Position numbers and translations under genes: made by a program. 64,000 bases of DNA from Treponemataceae bacterium (GTDB taxonomy: Bacteria > Spirochaetota > Spirochaetia > Treponematales > Rectinemataceae): positions 1,984,001 to 2,048,000 of the forward strand of contig CAXXVZ010000003.1 in assembly GCA_963678065.2 (NCBI GenBank). The letters are read 5' to 3'. Position 1 is the first letter of the stretch, and each line of letters opens with the position of its first letter. This document shows, one piece after another, positions 47,134 to 57,113 of this stretch. The notes below the pieces were generated by a model that made no database searches, was not told where the DNA came from, and saw only the letters and a list, made by a program, of their open reading frames with translations.

Positions 47134-49089
47134 TCACATCAGGTTGACGGGGTCGATGTCCATTTCGAGGTGAACATCGTGTGGCGGAACGAAGGATGCG
47201 GCCATTCCGGCCAGGATCGAGTGGAGGGGTTTGAGCGAGACAGCGCGGAACAGAAGCTGGTGGCGCGCGTTGCCAGCGATCTTTCCGAGGGGGCATTCGG
47301 CGGGACCGAGAAGTTCCACGCCTTCCGGCAGGTGAGGAGCGACAGTGTGGGCGAAATCCTCGGCCGCGCGGGAGGCCCGCTCAGCTTCGCGCGAGCGGAA
47401 CACGATCCTGACGAGGCGGGAGAAGGGCGGGAAACCGAGCATGCTTCGCTGGTCGAGTTCCCGCCGATAGAAGCCGTCGGCGTCCATCGCCGCCGCGAGA
47501 CGGATGACCTCGTTGTCGGGACGGTAGGTCTGGACGAAGACTCTGCCGTCCGGCGTGAAGCGCCCGGCCCGGCCCGCCACCTGGACGATGAGGGCGAAGG
47601 CCCGCTCGGCGGCCCTGAAGTCGGGAAGATTGAGCGTGGTGTCGGCGAGAACGACACCGATTGTCTTCACTTTGGGGAAATTGAGCCCCTTGGCCACCAT
47701 CTGGGTGCCAAGGAGTATGTCGACCCTCCCCTCGCGGAACTCCGCGAGCGTCGCCTCGAGCTCGCCTTTTTTCGAGACGGTGTCCGCGTCGAGGCGCCTG
47801 ATCGAGAATTCCGGAAACAGCCTTCGGGCCTCCTCCTCGATGCGCTCCGTTCCGAAGCCGGCCCAGCCGACATCGAGGGAATTGCATTCGGGGCAGGCTT
47901 TGGGCGGGCGCATCCGGAAGCCGCAGTAATGGCACTCGAGACTGTCGCGCTCTTTGTGGTAGGTGAGCCCGACCGAGCAGTGGCGGCAACGGATCTCGGA
48001 GCCGCATGTGTTGCAGCGGAAAAACCAGGAAAAACCCCGGCGGTTGAGAAAGAGAATGGATTGGCCTCCGCGCGCCTTCGTCTCGCGAACCGCCTGGGCG
48101 AGCCGTCCGGAGATGGGGCCGTCCTCTCCGTTCATGTCGACGATCTCTACGGCGGGGATGGAGCCGCCCGCCGGCCTCGAGGAAAGAGTCACCCTTTCCA
48201 TGAAACCCGAGACAGCGAGGTGCCAGGACTCGACCGAAGGAGTGGCGCTTCCCATGACGAGGCGGGCGCCCTCGAGGGCCGCACGTTTCATGGCGACCTG
48301 CCTCGCGTGGTAGCGGGGAGCGTTGCCGGCCTTGTAAGAACCTTCGTGCTCTTCGTCGATGACGATGAGACCGAGCCCTTTTACCGGAGCGAAGACGGCG
48401 CTTCTGGCCCCGATCACGACGCGGGCTTCGCCCCGCAGGATGCGCCGCCACTCCGCGAGTCGCCGCGAAGGGCTGAGGCGCGAGTGCAGGACGGCGCACA
48501 GGGGGCCGAAACGCTTTGCGGCCGCCGAGACGACCTGCCCGGTCAGCGCGATCTCGGGCACGAGGTAGATGACGCCGCGACCTCCCGCGAGGGCCGCCTC
48601 GGCCGCCTGCATGAAGACTTCGGTCTTGCCGGAACCGGTGATGCCGTAGACGTAGGTCGTGCCCGAGTCCGAGCGGGTTATCCGGGCGAGGGCCGCGCGC
48701 TGCTCCTCCGTAGGCGCGAGGGCGTGGTCGCCGATGGCGGCGTCGCCGGTATCGAGCGCCGGCGCTTCGGACTCGCGCCGCCCGGAAGGGATCATGGCGG
48801 CGAGCGCCTCCCCAAGCGAGCACAGATACATGCCGGAGAGCCAACGGGCGAGTTCGATCGTAGGCTGCGCGAAGAGGGCTTCGCCATCTATCGTTCTCGA
48901 GATGGACTTTACGCTGCAAGGATCGATGTCCGCCTCGTCGATCTCGTCCACCACGTATCCCGTCGCCTTCCGCCTCCCGAAAGGAGCCTCGACCCGGAGA
49001 CCGACGGTCGCAGGGCTAGCCGGAGAATTGCGGTAGGTGAACAGGTTCGGCAGGGGAAGGTTGAAGGCGACCTTCAGATACTCAGCCAT
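47134..49089 (-). CDS. priA: Primosomal protein N'
   Basis: GITGSGKT, DEEH, MGSATPS, four CxxC motifs and QVAGRAGR. Confidence 0.97.
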   Translation of the reverse strand: MAEYLKVAFNLPLPNLFTYRNSPASPATVGLRVEAPFGRRKATGYVVDEIDEADIDPCSVKSISRTIDGEALFAQPTIELARWLSGMYLCSLGEALAAMIPSGRRESEAPALDTGDAAIGDHALAPTEEQRAALARITRSDSGTTYVYGITGSGKTEVFMQAAEAALAGGRGVIYLVPEIALTGQVVSAAAKRFGPLCAVLHSRLSPSRRLAEWRRILRGEARVVIGARSAVFAPVKGLGLIVIDEEHEGSYKAGNAPRYHARQVAMKRAALEGARLVMGSATPSVESWHLAVSGFMERVTLSSRPAGGSIPAVEIVDMNGEDGPISGRLAQAVRETKARGGQSILFLNRRGFSWFFRCNTCGSEIRCRHCSVGLTYHKERDSLECHYCGFRMRPPKACPECNSLDVGWAGFGTERIEEEARRLFPEFSIRRLDADTVSKKGELEATLAEFREGRVDILLGTQMVAKGLNFPKVKTIGVVLADTTLNLPDFRAAERAFALIVQVAGRAGRFTPDGRVFVQTYRPDNEVIRLAAAMDADGFYRRELDQRSMLGFPPFSRLVRIVFRSREAERASRAAEDFAHTVAPHLPEGVELLGPAECPLGKIAGNARHQLLFRAVSLKPLHSILAGMAASFVPPHDVHLEMDIDPVNLM

Positions 49090-49855
49090 CGGTCAGGATT
49101 CCGCGCAAACGCTTGAGGTCTTCCCAAGCCGGGCGCTTAAGGGATTCGTCGCGCAGGAGGGCGCTCGGGTGGAAGGTGGCGACGAGAGGAATGCCGGCGT
49201 AGCGCAGCTCTCTGCCCCGAAGCCTGTTAATACCCTCCTTCGTGCCAACGAGAGTCTGGGCGGCGACGCGGCCGACACAGAGGATGACTCGCGGCCGCAG
49301 GAGCGCGATCTGTCTGTCGAGATAGCCGCGACAGGCAGACTGCTCGTCGGGGGCGGGATCGCGGTTCATAGGCGGACGGCATTTGACGACATTGGCGATG
49401 TGACAGTTGGTGGTTCTGGACAGACCGATCGCCTGCAGCATTTTGTCGAGAAGGCGTCCGGCGGGCCCGACGAAGGGCAGACCGCTCGCGTCTTCATCCG
49501 CGCCGGGACCTTCGCCCACGACGAGGACGACAGGGGCGGGCACTCCCTCACCGGGGACTGTGTTCCTGCGGGTCGACGCGAGGCGACAGGCTGTGCAGCG
49601 CGCGATCTCGGAAGCCACACGTTCGAGACTGTCACCGGGCACGAGGGGCCCCGGAGTCGCGGCCACGTCGCGGGAGGCTGTCTCCCCCACAGTGAGAGCA
49701 TCGAAGTCTGGCTGGGCACGGGCACGTCTCATACCTTCCTCGTGCCCCCACACCCCCGAGGACTTGCCCTGGATCACGCATGACGCGGAGCCGGCGAGCC
49801 AGTCCTCGATGACGCAGAGGTTTTCCCAGATATCTGTCCGTTCCGCCGTATCCAT
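49082..49855 (-). CDS. Uracil-DNA glycosylase, family 4
   Basis: CTACRL, GEGPG, PFVG, KCRPP and HPSALL motifs. Confidence 0.93.
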   Translation of the reverse strand: MDTAERTDIWENLCVIEDWLAGSASCVIQGKSSGVWGHEEGMRRARAQPDFDALTVGETASRDVAATPGPLVPGDSLERVASEIARCTACRLASTRRNTVPGEGVPAPVVLVVGEGPGADEDASGLPFVGPAGRLLDKMLQAIGLSRTTNCHIANVVKCRPPMNRDPAPDEQSACRGYLDRQIALLRPRVILCVGRVAAQTLVGTKEGINRLRGRELRYAGIPLVATFHPSALLRDESLKRPAWEDLKRLRGILTDG

Positions 49856-49868
49856 AATGCGGTCCCCC

Positions 49869-52274
49869 TCAGATCACGTCGATCCGGAGGCCCGAAGGCG
49901 CAAGACCGTCGCACTGTGCCGTGATTTCGATACATCCGGGCCCGCCTGTCCCGAAGACCCAGGTCGCGACGCAGCCCCCGACGAGCGCGGGACTGGAAGG
50001 GCCTATGATCCGTCCCGGTCCCCGCAACTCGATCCTGACGCATCCCGAAGCGAAGGGGAAGAGGTTCCCGTATTGATCAAGCGCCCGGAACAGAACCCGT
50101 GTGGCGTCCGGCACGTCCGCAGACAGAGATCTGTCGTCGGCCTGCACATCCAGCCGGGCAAATCTCGCATCCGGCCCGTAGCGACGCCTGATGGCCTCCC
50201 TGCCCCCGACAATGCCGGCGAGCTCGAAAACTTCGTCCTTTTCGCCCCAGGCCATGCCATATTTCGAAAACAACGCCTCGGCCGCGGCGTAGTCGAGATG
50301 GTTCTTCAGCATAAAAAACCCAAACTGAAGCTTGACGAAGAGGCGCAGGGCCGCGACCCCTTCCGACATGACACGACTCGAAATCTTGCGGATGATCTTC
50401 CTGTCGCTGGCGGAGAATCCACTTCCGTCCAGCCTTTCCCCGATAAGGTCGCGTATCACGACGGGAGCATGAGTCAAATGGGGCCAGGCCCTCCGATCGG
50501 GCAGGTAACTGCCCACCCTCTCCCCGCCCCGGTACAGGACGACTTCGTCGCAGTTGGTCCAGACTTCGACAGGCAAAAGACGCGCCCCGGAGCGCTCGCC
50601 CTTCGCGAAGAGACTTGCGGCCTCGAGGACAGGGCGCGCCGAGGGATCGAGCTGGCTCGCGTACACGGCCGCCGCGTATTTCGGCACCCGGAACATGTCG
50701 CAGACGCCATGGTAACAGATCCTGTCGCCCGAGCCGAAATCCTTGTGGGTATTGTAGTCGAAGGCGCACCATCCGACGACCCCGGAGACGGCCGGATCGC
50801 CCATGGCCGCGTCGAGGACCCTGGCGTGGCGCCGTGCCTGCTCGGCGAGCCTCTCCTCGTTGTCGAAACGCTTTGTCGGGAACATGTGCCCGTTGTGTTC
50901 GGTGACGAGGTAAGGAACTTTCTTCCCGCCGGTGACGCGGCGAGGCTTTCGCAGCGCCTTCTTCCCGCCCGAATGGACGAAATCGTTGAAAGTGTAGACG
51001 TCTTCGAGAACTTCGCTCTTCTCGATGCAGCGGACGCCGCCGGTCTGGCGATCGGGATCGAGTCCGCGCGCGAGGGCGTTCGTCTCACGGTAAAAAGAGG
51101 AATCATCCTTCGATTCGTTGATGCGGACGCCCCAGAGCACGATGGAGGGGTGGCTGCGGTCGCGCCGGATCATCTCGTCCAGAGCGACAAGGGCGTTCGC
51201 CTTCCATTCCGCGTCACCGATATGCTGCCAGCCTGGCAATTCCTCGAATACGAGGAGACCGGCCTCGTCGCAGGCGTCCAGGAAGTCGGGAGATTGCGGA
51301 TAATGGCTCGTACGGACGAGATTCAAGCCAAGCTCCTGTTTCAGAAAGAGCGCATCCCGTCTCTGTACACGCGCGGGCATCGCGAAGCCGACGTAGGGAT
51401 AACTCTGGTGCCGGTTGAGCCCCCGGAGGAAAAGGCGCTTCTCATTGAGGAAGAAGCCGTCCGGACGGAACTCCGCTGTCCTGAACCCGAAGCGGACGCG
51501 CAGGCTGTCCTCGACTATGCCCTCCCGGACAAGCTCGATCTCGGCCTCGTACAGCGCAGGGTCGTCGGGCTCCCAGAGCCGGATCCCGGCCAGGTTTCCG
51601 CATTCCAGAGTGGCTTCTCCGCCATCAAGAGATATGTCGTCGATCCGGGCGACGAGATCCTCCCCATGAAGGATTTTTCCGCGCACCGAAAGCCCTCCGG
51701 CACACACAGCGGCCCGGCCCACCGCGATGTGGATCGCGAGGCGCTTTTTTTCGGAGAGCAGGTCGAATGTGCGGACCCAGACATCGGAGAGAAAGGCGCT
51801 GCCCTGACACCTCAGACTGACAGGGCGGTAGATGCCACCGTAACACAGAAAGTCCACGACGTGGCCGAATGGGGGAATGTCGGGGCGCTCGGTCGAGTCG
51901 ACCACGACGACAAGCCTGTTCATCGCTTCCGGGCGGATGAAGCGTGTAGCCTCGACGCTGAAGGGCGTGAAACCACCCTTGTGGCCGCCTGCATGGCTTC
52001 CGTTCACCCAGATTTCGCATGCTGTCATGACAGCCCCGAAATCGAAGAAGAACCTCGTTCCCTCTTCGGGCGCAGAGCCGAGGCTGAAGTCGAGGGCGTA
52101 GGTCGACACGAACTGGAAGGTCGTCTCGTCGAAACCGTTGTAGGGAAGTTCGAGATTGCTGTGGGGGATTTCGACGGAATCCCACTCGGAGATGTCGGTG
52201 TCCGGGGCGGTGAATCGTTCCGAAAAGCGGGGGATGAAACGCCATCCCCGGCAGAGATTCCGTATCCGCCTCAT
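49869..52274 (-). CDS. Glycoside hydrolase family 2 (beta-galactosidase-like)
   Basis: GGIYR, GLNRHQ, VRTSHYP, RINES, VTEH and WCAFDY motifs; no signal peptide. Confidence 0.93.
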   Translation of the reverse strand: MRRIRNLCRGWRFIPRFSERFTAPDTDISEWDSVEIPHSNLELPYNGFDETTFQFVSTYALDFSLGSAPEEGTRFFFDFGAVMTACEIWVNGSHAGGHKGGFTPFSVEATRFIRPEAMNRLVVVVDSTERPDIPPFGHVVDFLCYGGIYRPVSLRCQGSAFLSDVWVRTFDLLSEKKRLAIHIAVGRAAVCAGGLSVRGKILHGEDLVARIDDISLDGGEATLECGNLAGIRLWEPDDPALYEAEIELVREGIVEDSLRVRFGFRTAEFRPDGFFLNEKRLFLRGLNRHQSYPYVGFAMPARVQRRDALFLKQELGLNLVRTSHYPQSPDFLDACDEAGLLVFEELPGWQHIGDAEWKANALVALDEMIRRDRSHPSIVLWGVRINESKDDSSFYRETNALARGLDPDRQTGGVRCIEKSEVLEDVYTFNDFVHSGGKKALRKPRRVTGGKKVPYLVTEHNGHMFPTKRFDNEERLAEQARRHARVLDAAMGDPAVSGVVGWCAFDYNTHKDFGSGDRICYHGVCDMFRVPKYAAAVYASQLDPSARPVLEAASLFAKGERSGARLLPVEVWTNCDEVVLYRGGERVGSYLPDRRAWPHLTHAPVVIRDLIGERLDGSGFSASDRKIIRKISSRVMSEGVAALRLFVKLQFGFFMLKNHLDYAAAEALFSKYGMAWGEKDEVFELAGIVGGREAIRRRYGPDARFARLDVQADDRSLSADVPDATRVLFRALDQYGNLFPFASGCVRIELRGPGRIIGPSSPALVGGCVATWVFGTGGPGCIEITAQCDGLAPSGLRIDVI

Positions 52275-52279
52275 GGCCA

Positions 52280-53476
52280 CTACTTTGATATCATCACCTG
52301 GAGGATCTGGATAAGGGGCAGGATTATGCAGACCACGATGAACACGATTTCCAGGGTGATCATTCTCTGCTCGCCGGTGTCGGTTTTCACCATGTCGTAG
52401 ACTTCCTGCAGCGCGTCGAGGCGTCGTTCGACGGAGAGTTTCCATGCCTCGGTGTTGAATATGGAGCAGAGCTGGGTATAGACCTGACCGAGGTAGTAAT
52501 CGCCGATAATTTTCGAAGAATTATCGAGGTTCTCGAGGATAAAGAGGGCGTCGAAACGGAGGGACTGGATGCGGGCGAACTTTATCTGGGCGTTGTCGCC
52601 GAATTTCCGCACCTTCGCGGTCTGGATGTAGAAACTGCGGAGGTCGCGCTCCGCATCCTCGAGCCAGCTGTCGAGTCGGGCGTCGAGGACCCGGAGTTCA
52701 AGAAGGCGGTAGTTCGCGTGCTCGGCTATGAGGAGGAGATCTTCGTAATCTCCCGCAGGATCGACGATGAGGCACCGGTCCATATCGAATATGGCGATAT
52801 CGTCTTTTCTATACGAGATGGGCTTCTCGAGTGTCTGGATGATCTGGCTCTCGTGGAGGATGCCAGGCTCCTCGCCCGCGAGGAGGGCGGCGGCGGTATC
52901 GCGGTGCTTCCGGATGAAAAGGGCCGGGTCCTTTTCGGGGCACTCGAGGAGGCAGTAGGCCGTGTAGGTTTCGCGATCCCACTCCCCGCCGATAGGGTTG
53001 CCGCTGATGGTCGGCTTGATGGCCTCGTAAAGTTTCCTGAAGCTTTCGTCGGCGTACTGGTTGAGAGTCATGCTCTTGCCGTTGGAGACTATCGTGCGGG
53101 AACGGACGAGGTGCAGTCCGGTGAAGGGAACCCTCACCTTCACCCTGATGACGAGGGTCAGTGCCCCGTCGTCGTATATCTTGGCCCTCGCGTTGAAGCA
53201 TTCGAAATTTCCCGTTTCCTCGCATTCTTCCTTGCCGAGAGAGAGGACGAGGGGTTTCGGAAGGGACAGGGATGGGGGAGTGTCGCGTCGCTTGACGGGA
53301 CCGAGGTCGGGATAGGCGGGAATGAGCGAAGCGAGCATCTTGAGATCTATACTCCGTCCGACGTCGTAAAGGTAGAGTCTGACGATCTCAGTGAGGAGAG
53401 CCGGTTCCCGGGCGGCGTCTTCGGCTTCTGGCGCTGTCTCTGCCGTCACCAAAGAAGCGGTCCCTGGCCCGTTCAT
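52280..53476 (-). CDS. Conserved hypothetical membrane protein (RMD1/DUF155- or CorA-like helical C-terminus)
   Basis: LLELRVLD, IIGDYYLGQVY, W..SV..RL..L motifs and a terminal TM (LEIVFIVV). Confidence 0.65.
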   Translation of the reverse strand: MNGPGTASLVTAETAPEAEDAAREPALLTEIVRLYLYDVGRSIDLKMLASLIPAYPDLGPVKRRDTPPSLSLPKPLVLSLGKEECEETGNFECFNARAKIYDDGALTLVIRVKVRVPFTGLHLVRSRTIVSNGKSMTLNQYADESFRKLYEAIKPTISGNPIGGEWDRETYTAYCLLECPEKDPALFIRKHRDTAAALLAGEEPGILHESQIIQTLEKPISYRKDDIAIFDMDRCLIVDPAGDYEDLLLIAEHANYRLLELRVLDARLDSWLEDAERDLRSFYIQTAKVRKFGDNAQIKFARIQSLRFDALFILENLDNSSKIIGDYYLGQVYTQLCSIFNTEAWKLSVERRLDALQEVYDMVKTDTGEQRMITLEIVFIVVCIILPLIQILQVMISK

Positions 53477-54555
53477 CGAACGTCTGCCCTCGATACTTCC
53501 TTGTCGAGAACGCTGAGAACGAGGACAGTGTTCTCGGGAAGGAAGAAGGGAATCGTGAACTTTCCGCCCGAATGATTGAAGGCGGCGAGGACAGTCCGCT
53601 CACCTGAAGGCTTGAGGGCAGCAAGGTTCACGGGTACGGCGTACGGATAGACAGGAAGCTCATGGACGAAAAGCCCGGCGATCATGCCTTTCTGCTTTTC
53701 AGGGGCGGCAATCGTGACGGATACTCTGCCGCCAGAGTCCGTTTCAGTCCCCGACACGGGGAGCTGCCCAACGACCGTGCCGGCCTTTTCGCCCTTCTGC
53801 GCCGGACGCATCGCAAATTCGACGGTGACGGGGCTCTTTCCTGCGGCTGTGATGGCATCGGAGAGGGAAAAATCCATGAAGGAAGGCACTTGAACCTTGG
53901 CTTTCTCCGGCCCCTTGCTCACGACGAACTCGAGTTCGACGGGGCCGGAAACTTCGGTCCCGGCCTGAGGCTTCTGCTGGAGGATAGTGCCCGGCTCCGC
54001 CTTGTCGTAGACATAGACGACGGGCTCCCTGATCGTCACAAGGGCGTGGGAGGACGCGAAGATGGTCTGGAGATTGATTTTGGTCTCGTCGAGGTTCTTT
54101 CCGGTAAAATCCCCGATCCGGTCGATGACGGCGCCCCGGCTGACGGTCAGCTGTATGCGCCTGCCAGCCTTGACGATGGTTCCGGCGGCAGGAGTCTGCT
54201 CGAGCACCTTGTTCCTGTCAGCAGGATTGTCCGTAAAGCGGAGCGAGAGACGCGGGTAGAGCTCGCGTTCCTGGAGCTTTATCATGGCTTCAGGCAGCTC
54301 GATGCCCCGCACGTCGGGCACGAGTGTCTGTTCGGCGCCGCGAAGGGCGAGAAAGAACACTCCCACGCCGGTCAGCACCATGAGGGCCATGAGGCCGACA
54401 AGAAAGAGCGCAAAAACACGGTACTGGTCCCGGGTCCACGATCCGAATTTTTTCGGATCGAGGGGAAGGGATGGCAACTTTTCACCGATGCGGCCACCGA
54501 GATCGCTCACAGCCCGCCCGATCTTCTTGCCGGATTCAGTCAGTTTCTTTTTCAT
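53473..54555 (-). CDS. PASTA-domain membrane protein
   Basis: One TM followed by repeated VPD..G / EQTP..G..V..G..LTVSRG units. Confidence 0.88.
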   Translation of the reverse strand: MKKKLTESGKKIGRAVSDLGGRIGEKLPSLPLDPKKFGSWTRDQYRVFALFLVGLMALMVLTGVGVFFLALRGAEQTLVPDVRGIELPEAMIKLQERELYPRLSLRFTDNPADRNKVLEQTPAAGTIVKAGRRIQLTVSRGAVIDRIGDFTGKNLDETKINLQTIFASSHALVTIREPVVYVYDKAEPGTILQQKPQAGTEVSGPVELEFVVSKGPEKAKVQVPSFMDFSLSDAITAAGKSPVTVEFAMRPAQKGEKAGTVVGQLPVSGTETDSGGRVSVTIAAPEKQKGMIAGLFVHELPVYPYAVPVNLAALKPSGERTVLAAFNHSGGKFTIPFFLPENTVLVLSVLDKEVSRADVR

Positions 54556-54573
54556 CGATGGTTCCGGAAATCC

Positions 54574-55521
54574 TCATGATGGAACGATGCCGAGCCTCGC
54601 TCCGGCGAGGCTTCTCACGCCGTTCGCAAATTCTTTGAACGGCAAGGCTTTTTTTGTCGGCATCTGAAGTCGCTTCAGAGCTATCGTCCCATCGATTGTT
54701 TGTACCATTATGCCTCGGGACCTGTCCAGAGCAAGGACAGTTCCGGGAAGTTCAGATATGGATTCGCCGGGGAAGGGCTCACTCTCGAGTATAGTCAGCC
54801 TCTGGATACCGAAAAAGGTGAAGGCTCCGGGCCAGGGCTGGTAGGCCCGCACCCGCGCGTCGATTTCCGCGGCGCCGAGACTCCAGTCGATGAGGCCATC
54901 GTCCTTCTTTATCATGAAGCAGTAGCTGGGATCTCCTTCCTGGGGTCTGGCCACCGCAGTTCCGGCTTCGATCCGCGCCAGCACCTCGACGGCCAGGCCC
55001 GCCCCGAGAGTGGCGGCTTTCCCGGAGAGGGAGAGTGTGGTTTCGCGACGATCCAAAGGAATCTTCTCCATCGCGAGAATGTCGCCGCAATCCATCTCGC
55101 GTGCTATGCGCTGTATGCTCACCCCCGTCTCCGCATCGCGGTTCAGGATAGCCTGAGGAATGGGAGCACAGCCACGATACTTCGGGAGGATGCTCGGGTG
55201 GATGTTGATGCCGCCTTCGGGGAAGAGCGAGAGGAACTTGGGCCCGAATATCCTTCCATAAGCAAAGGCGACGAGTATATCAGGGCGAAGCATCTCCACC
55301 TGACTCCGGGCTTCGGCGCCAAGCCTCTCGAATGCCAGGACCGGAGGCTGGCCGCCGGAAATTTCCTTCGCGGCCAGGGCGACCGGGGTGGGAGCGAGCG
55401 CGAGTCCTCTGCCCTTCCCTGATTCGGGGTTGGTGAGGATGCCGACGATGCTGTGGCGCCGGGCTATTCCGAGCAAGGTCGGGACGGCTATCTCGGGGCT
55501 GCCGGCGAAAAGTACGCGCAC
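54574..55521 (-). CDS. fmt: Methionyl-tRNA formyltransferase
   Basis: FAGSP, AYGRIF, NIHPSILPKYRGCAP and PWPGA motifs; GTG start inferred. Confidence 0.96.
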   Translation of the reverse strand: MRVLFAGSPEIAVPTLLGIARRHSIVGILTNPESGKGRGLALAPTPVALAAKEISGGQPPVLAFERLGAEARSQVEMLRPDILVAFAYGRIFGPKFLSLFPEGGINIHPSILPKYRGCAPIPQAILNRDAETGVSIQRIAREMDCGDILAMEKIPLDRRETTLSLSGKAATLGAGLAVEVLARIEAGTAVARPQEGDPSYCFMIKKDDGLIDWSLGAAEIDARVRAYQPWPGAFTFFGIQRLTILESEPFPGESISELPGTVLALDRSRGIMVQTIDGTIALKRLQMPTKKALPFKEFANGVRSLAGARLGIVPS

Positions 55522-55540
55522 TCTATCTGGCTCCTTCCGC

Positions 55541-56029
55541 CTACATCTTGACGAGGCGGTTGTACTGAATGAGGGCCCTCTGCTTCCTGCCAGGCGGCAG
55601 GCGGTCCACGAAGAGCTTGCCCTCGAGATGGTCGTACTCGTGCTGGAGGACCCGGGCCAGCATGCCTTCCGCCTCAAGCACAAAGGGTCTCCCTTTCTCG
55701 GTGAAAGCCTGCATCTTGATCATCGACGGCCTGCGCACCTTGGTGTAGAGCCCCGGTATCGACAGACATCCTTCCTCGATGTCGCACTCTTCCTGGGAAG
55801 TCAGGACAATCTCAGGGTTCACGAAAACCCGGAGCTTATCGTCGTCGAGTCCCGTGACAAAAACCCTGACAGATCTCCCCACCTGGGGGGCTGCAAGCCC
55901 GATCCCCTTGCCGTGCTTCATCGCTTCGTACATTTCTTCTATGAATTCGGCGAGCGCTGTGTCGAAATCCACGACGGGGGCCGCCTTCTGTTCGAGGATA
56001 GCTTCGCCCAAAGTCAGTATTTCAAGCAT
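55541..56029 (-). CDS. def: Peptide deformylase
   Basis: GIGLAAPQ, EGCLS and QHEYDHL motifs. Confidence 0.98.
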   Translation of the reverse strand: MLEILTLGEAILEQKAAPVVDFDTALAEFIEEMYEAMKHGKGIGLAAPQVGRSVRVFVTGLDDDKLRVFVNPEIVLTSQEECDIEEGCLSIPGLYTKVRRPSMIKMQAFTEKGRPFVLEAEGMLARVLQHEYDHLEGKLFVDRLPPGRKQRALIQYNRLVKM

Positions 56030-56042
56030 GTCGATGATTCTC

Positions 56043-56591
56043 CTAATCCAGGGAAGGAATGGCGAAATGGTCGCCAGCCTTGAGTCCTGCTTTCGCGAAC
56101 CAGCCCTGAGGCACTTCCAGGGCGTACCTGACCAGCCGTTCGGAGGGCCTCGCCTCGGTCGAGAATGGGACGAGGTCCAAAATCTGGGTGATCGTTCCGT
56201 CCGATGCGATGTAGGCCAACGAGAGCGGAATCTGTGTATTCTTCATCCAGAAGGCGGGTCTCTGGTCCGTCTCGAAAACGAAGAGCATTCCCTTCCCGTC
56301 GGCCAGGCTTTTGCGGAACATGAGGCCGCGCGTACGCTGTTCCTCGTTTTGGGCTACTTCGGCCAGAACGGATATCGAGCCGGAGACCAGCTTCACCGAG
56401 TGAAGTACGGGGTTGGGCCTGTCCGCGGATCCGCCCGCTGCGTTCCCCGTTCCCGTACATGCCAAGGTGAAGATCGTGAGGGCGAAGAGGATGGCAAGAT
56501 TGCGGTATCCTGAAAGTTTTTGTGCCCGTCCCTGGCCTGATCCGAATCCGGATTTTCCCGAAACTTCCGTCATTCTATTGAGGGAGTGCAT
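56043..56591 (-). CDS. DUF192-family protein, possible lipoprotein (start uncertain)
   Basis: RGLMFR, GMLFVF, FWMKNT and YALEV motifs; TLAC lipobox-like. Confidence 0.88.
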   Translation of the reverse strand: MHSLNRMTEVSGKSGFGSGQGRAQKLSGYRNLAILFALTIFTLACTGTGNAAGGSADRPNPVLHSVKLVSGSISVLAEVAQNEEQRTRGLMFRKSLADGKGMLFVFETDQRPAFWMKNTQIPLSLAYIASDGTITQILDLVPFSTEARPSERLVRYALEVPQGWFAKAGLKAGDHFAIPSLD

Positions 56592-56623
56592 ACCCGACCT
56601 TCTTTCCGGATCATCGTCCGGTC

Positions 56624-56660
56624 AAAAAAAACGCCGCGAGAGCTTGTTCGCTCCCGCGGC
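56624..56660 (-). terminator. Rho-independent terminator of rpsU
   Basis: GCCGCG stem followed by T8. Confidence 0.75.
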
Positions 56661-56700
56661 AATCGATCGCGCGACCTTCCTGAGTGAGGAGGGGATGCGA

Positions 56701-56913
56701 TCAGTACCCGCCCTTGGAATCGCGGGATTTCCTGTTTTTCTTCATGAGCTTGCGGGCAAGAGCCTTCTGCTTGCGGTTCTTGAGCGTCGAAGGTTTTTCG
56801 AAATACTCGCGCTTTTTCCACTCGCGGATGATGCCCTCTTTTTCGACCATGCGCTTGAAGCGTTTGATCGCTTTCTCAAGAGGCTCGCCTTCATCTACCA
56901 CTATCTGCCGGAT
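56701..56913 (-). CDS. rpsU: 30S ribosomal protein S21 (start probably ATC at 56913; alternative GTG at 56922)
   Basis: [10 protein letters not shown] and REYFEKPS motifs. Confidence 0.95.
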   Translation of the reverse strand: MRQIVVDEGEPLEKAIKRFKRMVEKEGIIREWKKREYFEKPSTLKNRKQKALARKLMKKNRKSRDSKGGY

Positions 56914-56944
56914 ATCAATCACCTGCCTTTCAATCAGGGGTAGG

Positions 56945-56972
56945 ATTGTACTTGTTTTGGGGATTCTGTCAA
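56945..56972 (-). promoter_or_regulatory. Sigma70 promoter of rpsU
   Basis: TTGACA-N16-TACAAT. Confidence 0.65.
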
Positions 56973-57113
56973 GGGGACCAGTCACAGAGCATCGCCCGGA
57001 TGACGAGACCGCTTCATCATCGATCTTGCATCGTTCGGGAAATGGTATTCCCCGCTTTCTTCCATCGTGATACTATGGAAGCTGGCTAGCACACCGAACC
57101 ACGGGAGTATCCA

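Noticed and set aside
47008..49116. 702-aa ORF antisense to priA (similarly 9349-11442 antisense to the mutase)
   Set aside because: Shadow ORFs without independent evidence
49082..49855. UDG as a phage gene (family historically labelled phage SPO1 polymerase-related)
   Set aside because: Ordinary family-4 UDG coupled to priA; no phage genes nearby
49407..52400. 997-aa ORF antisense to GH2/UDG
   Set aside because: Antisense shadow of high-GC genes; no recognisable domain
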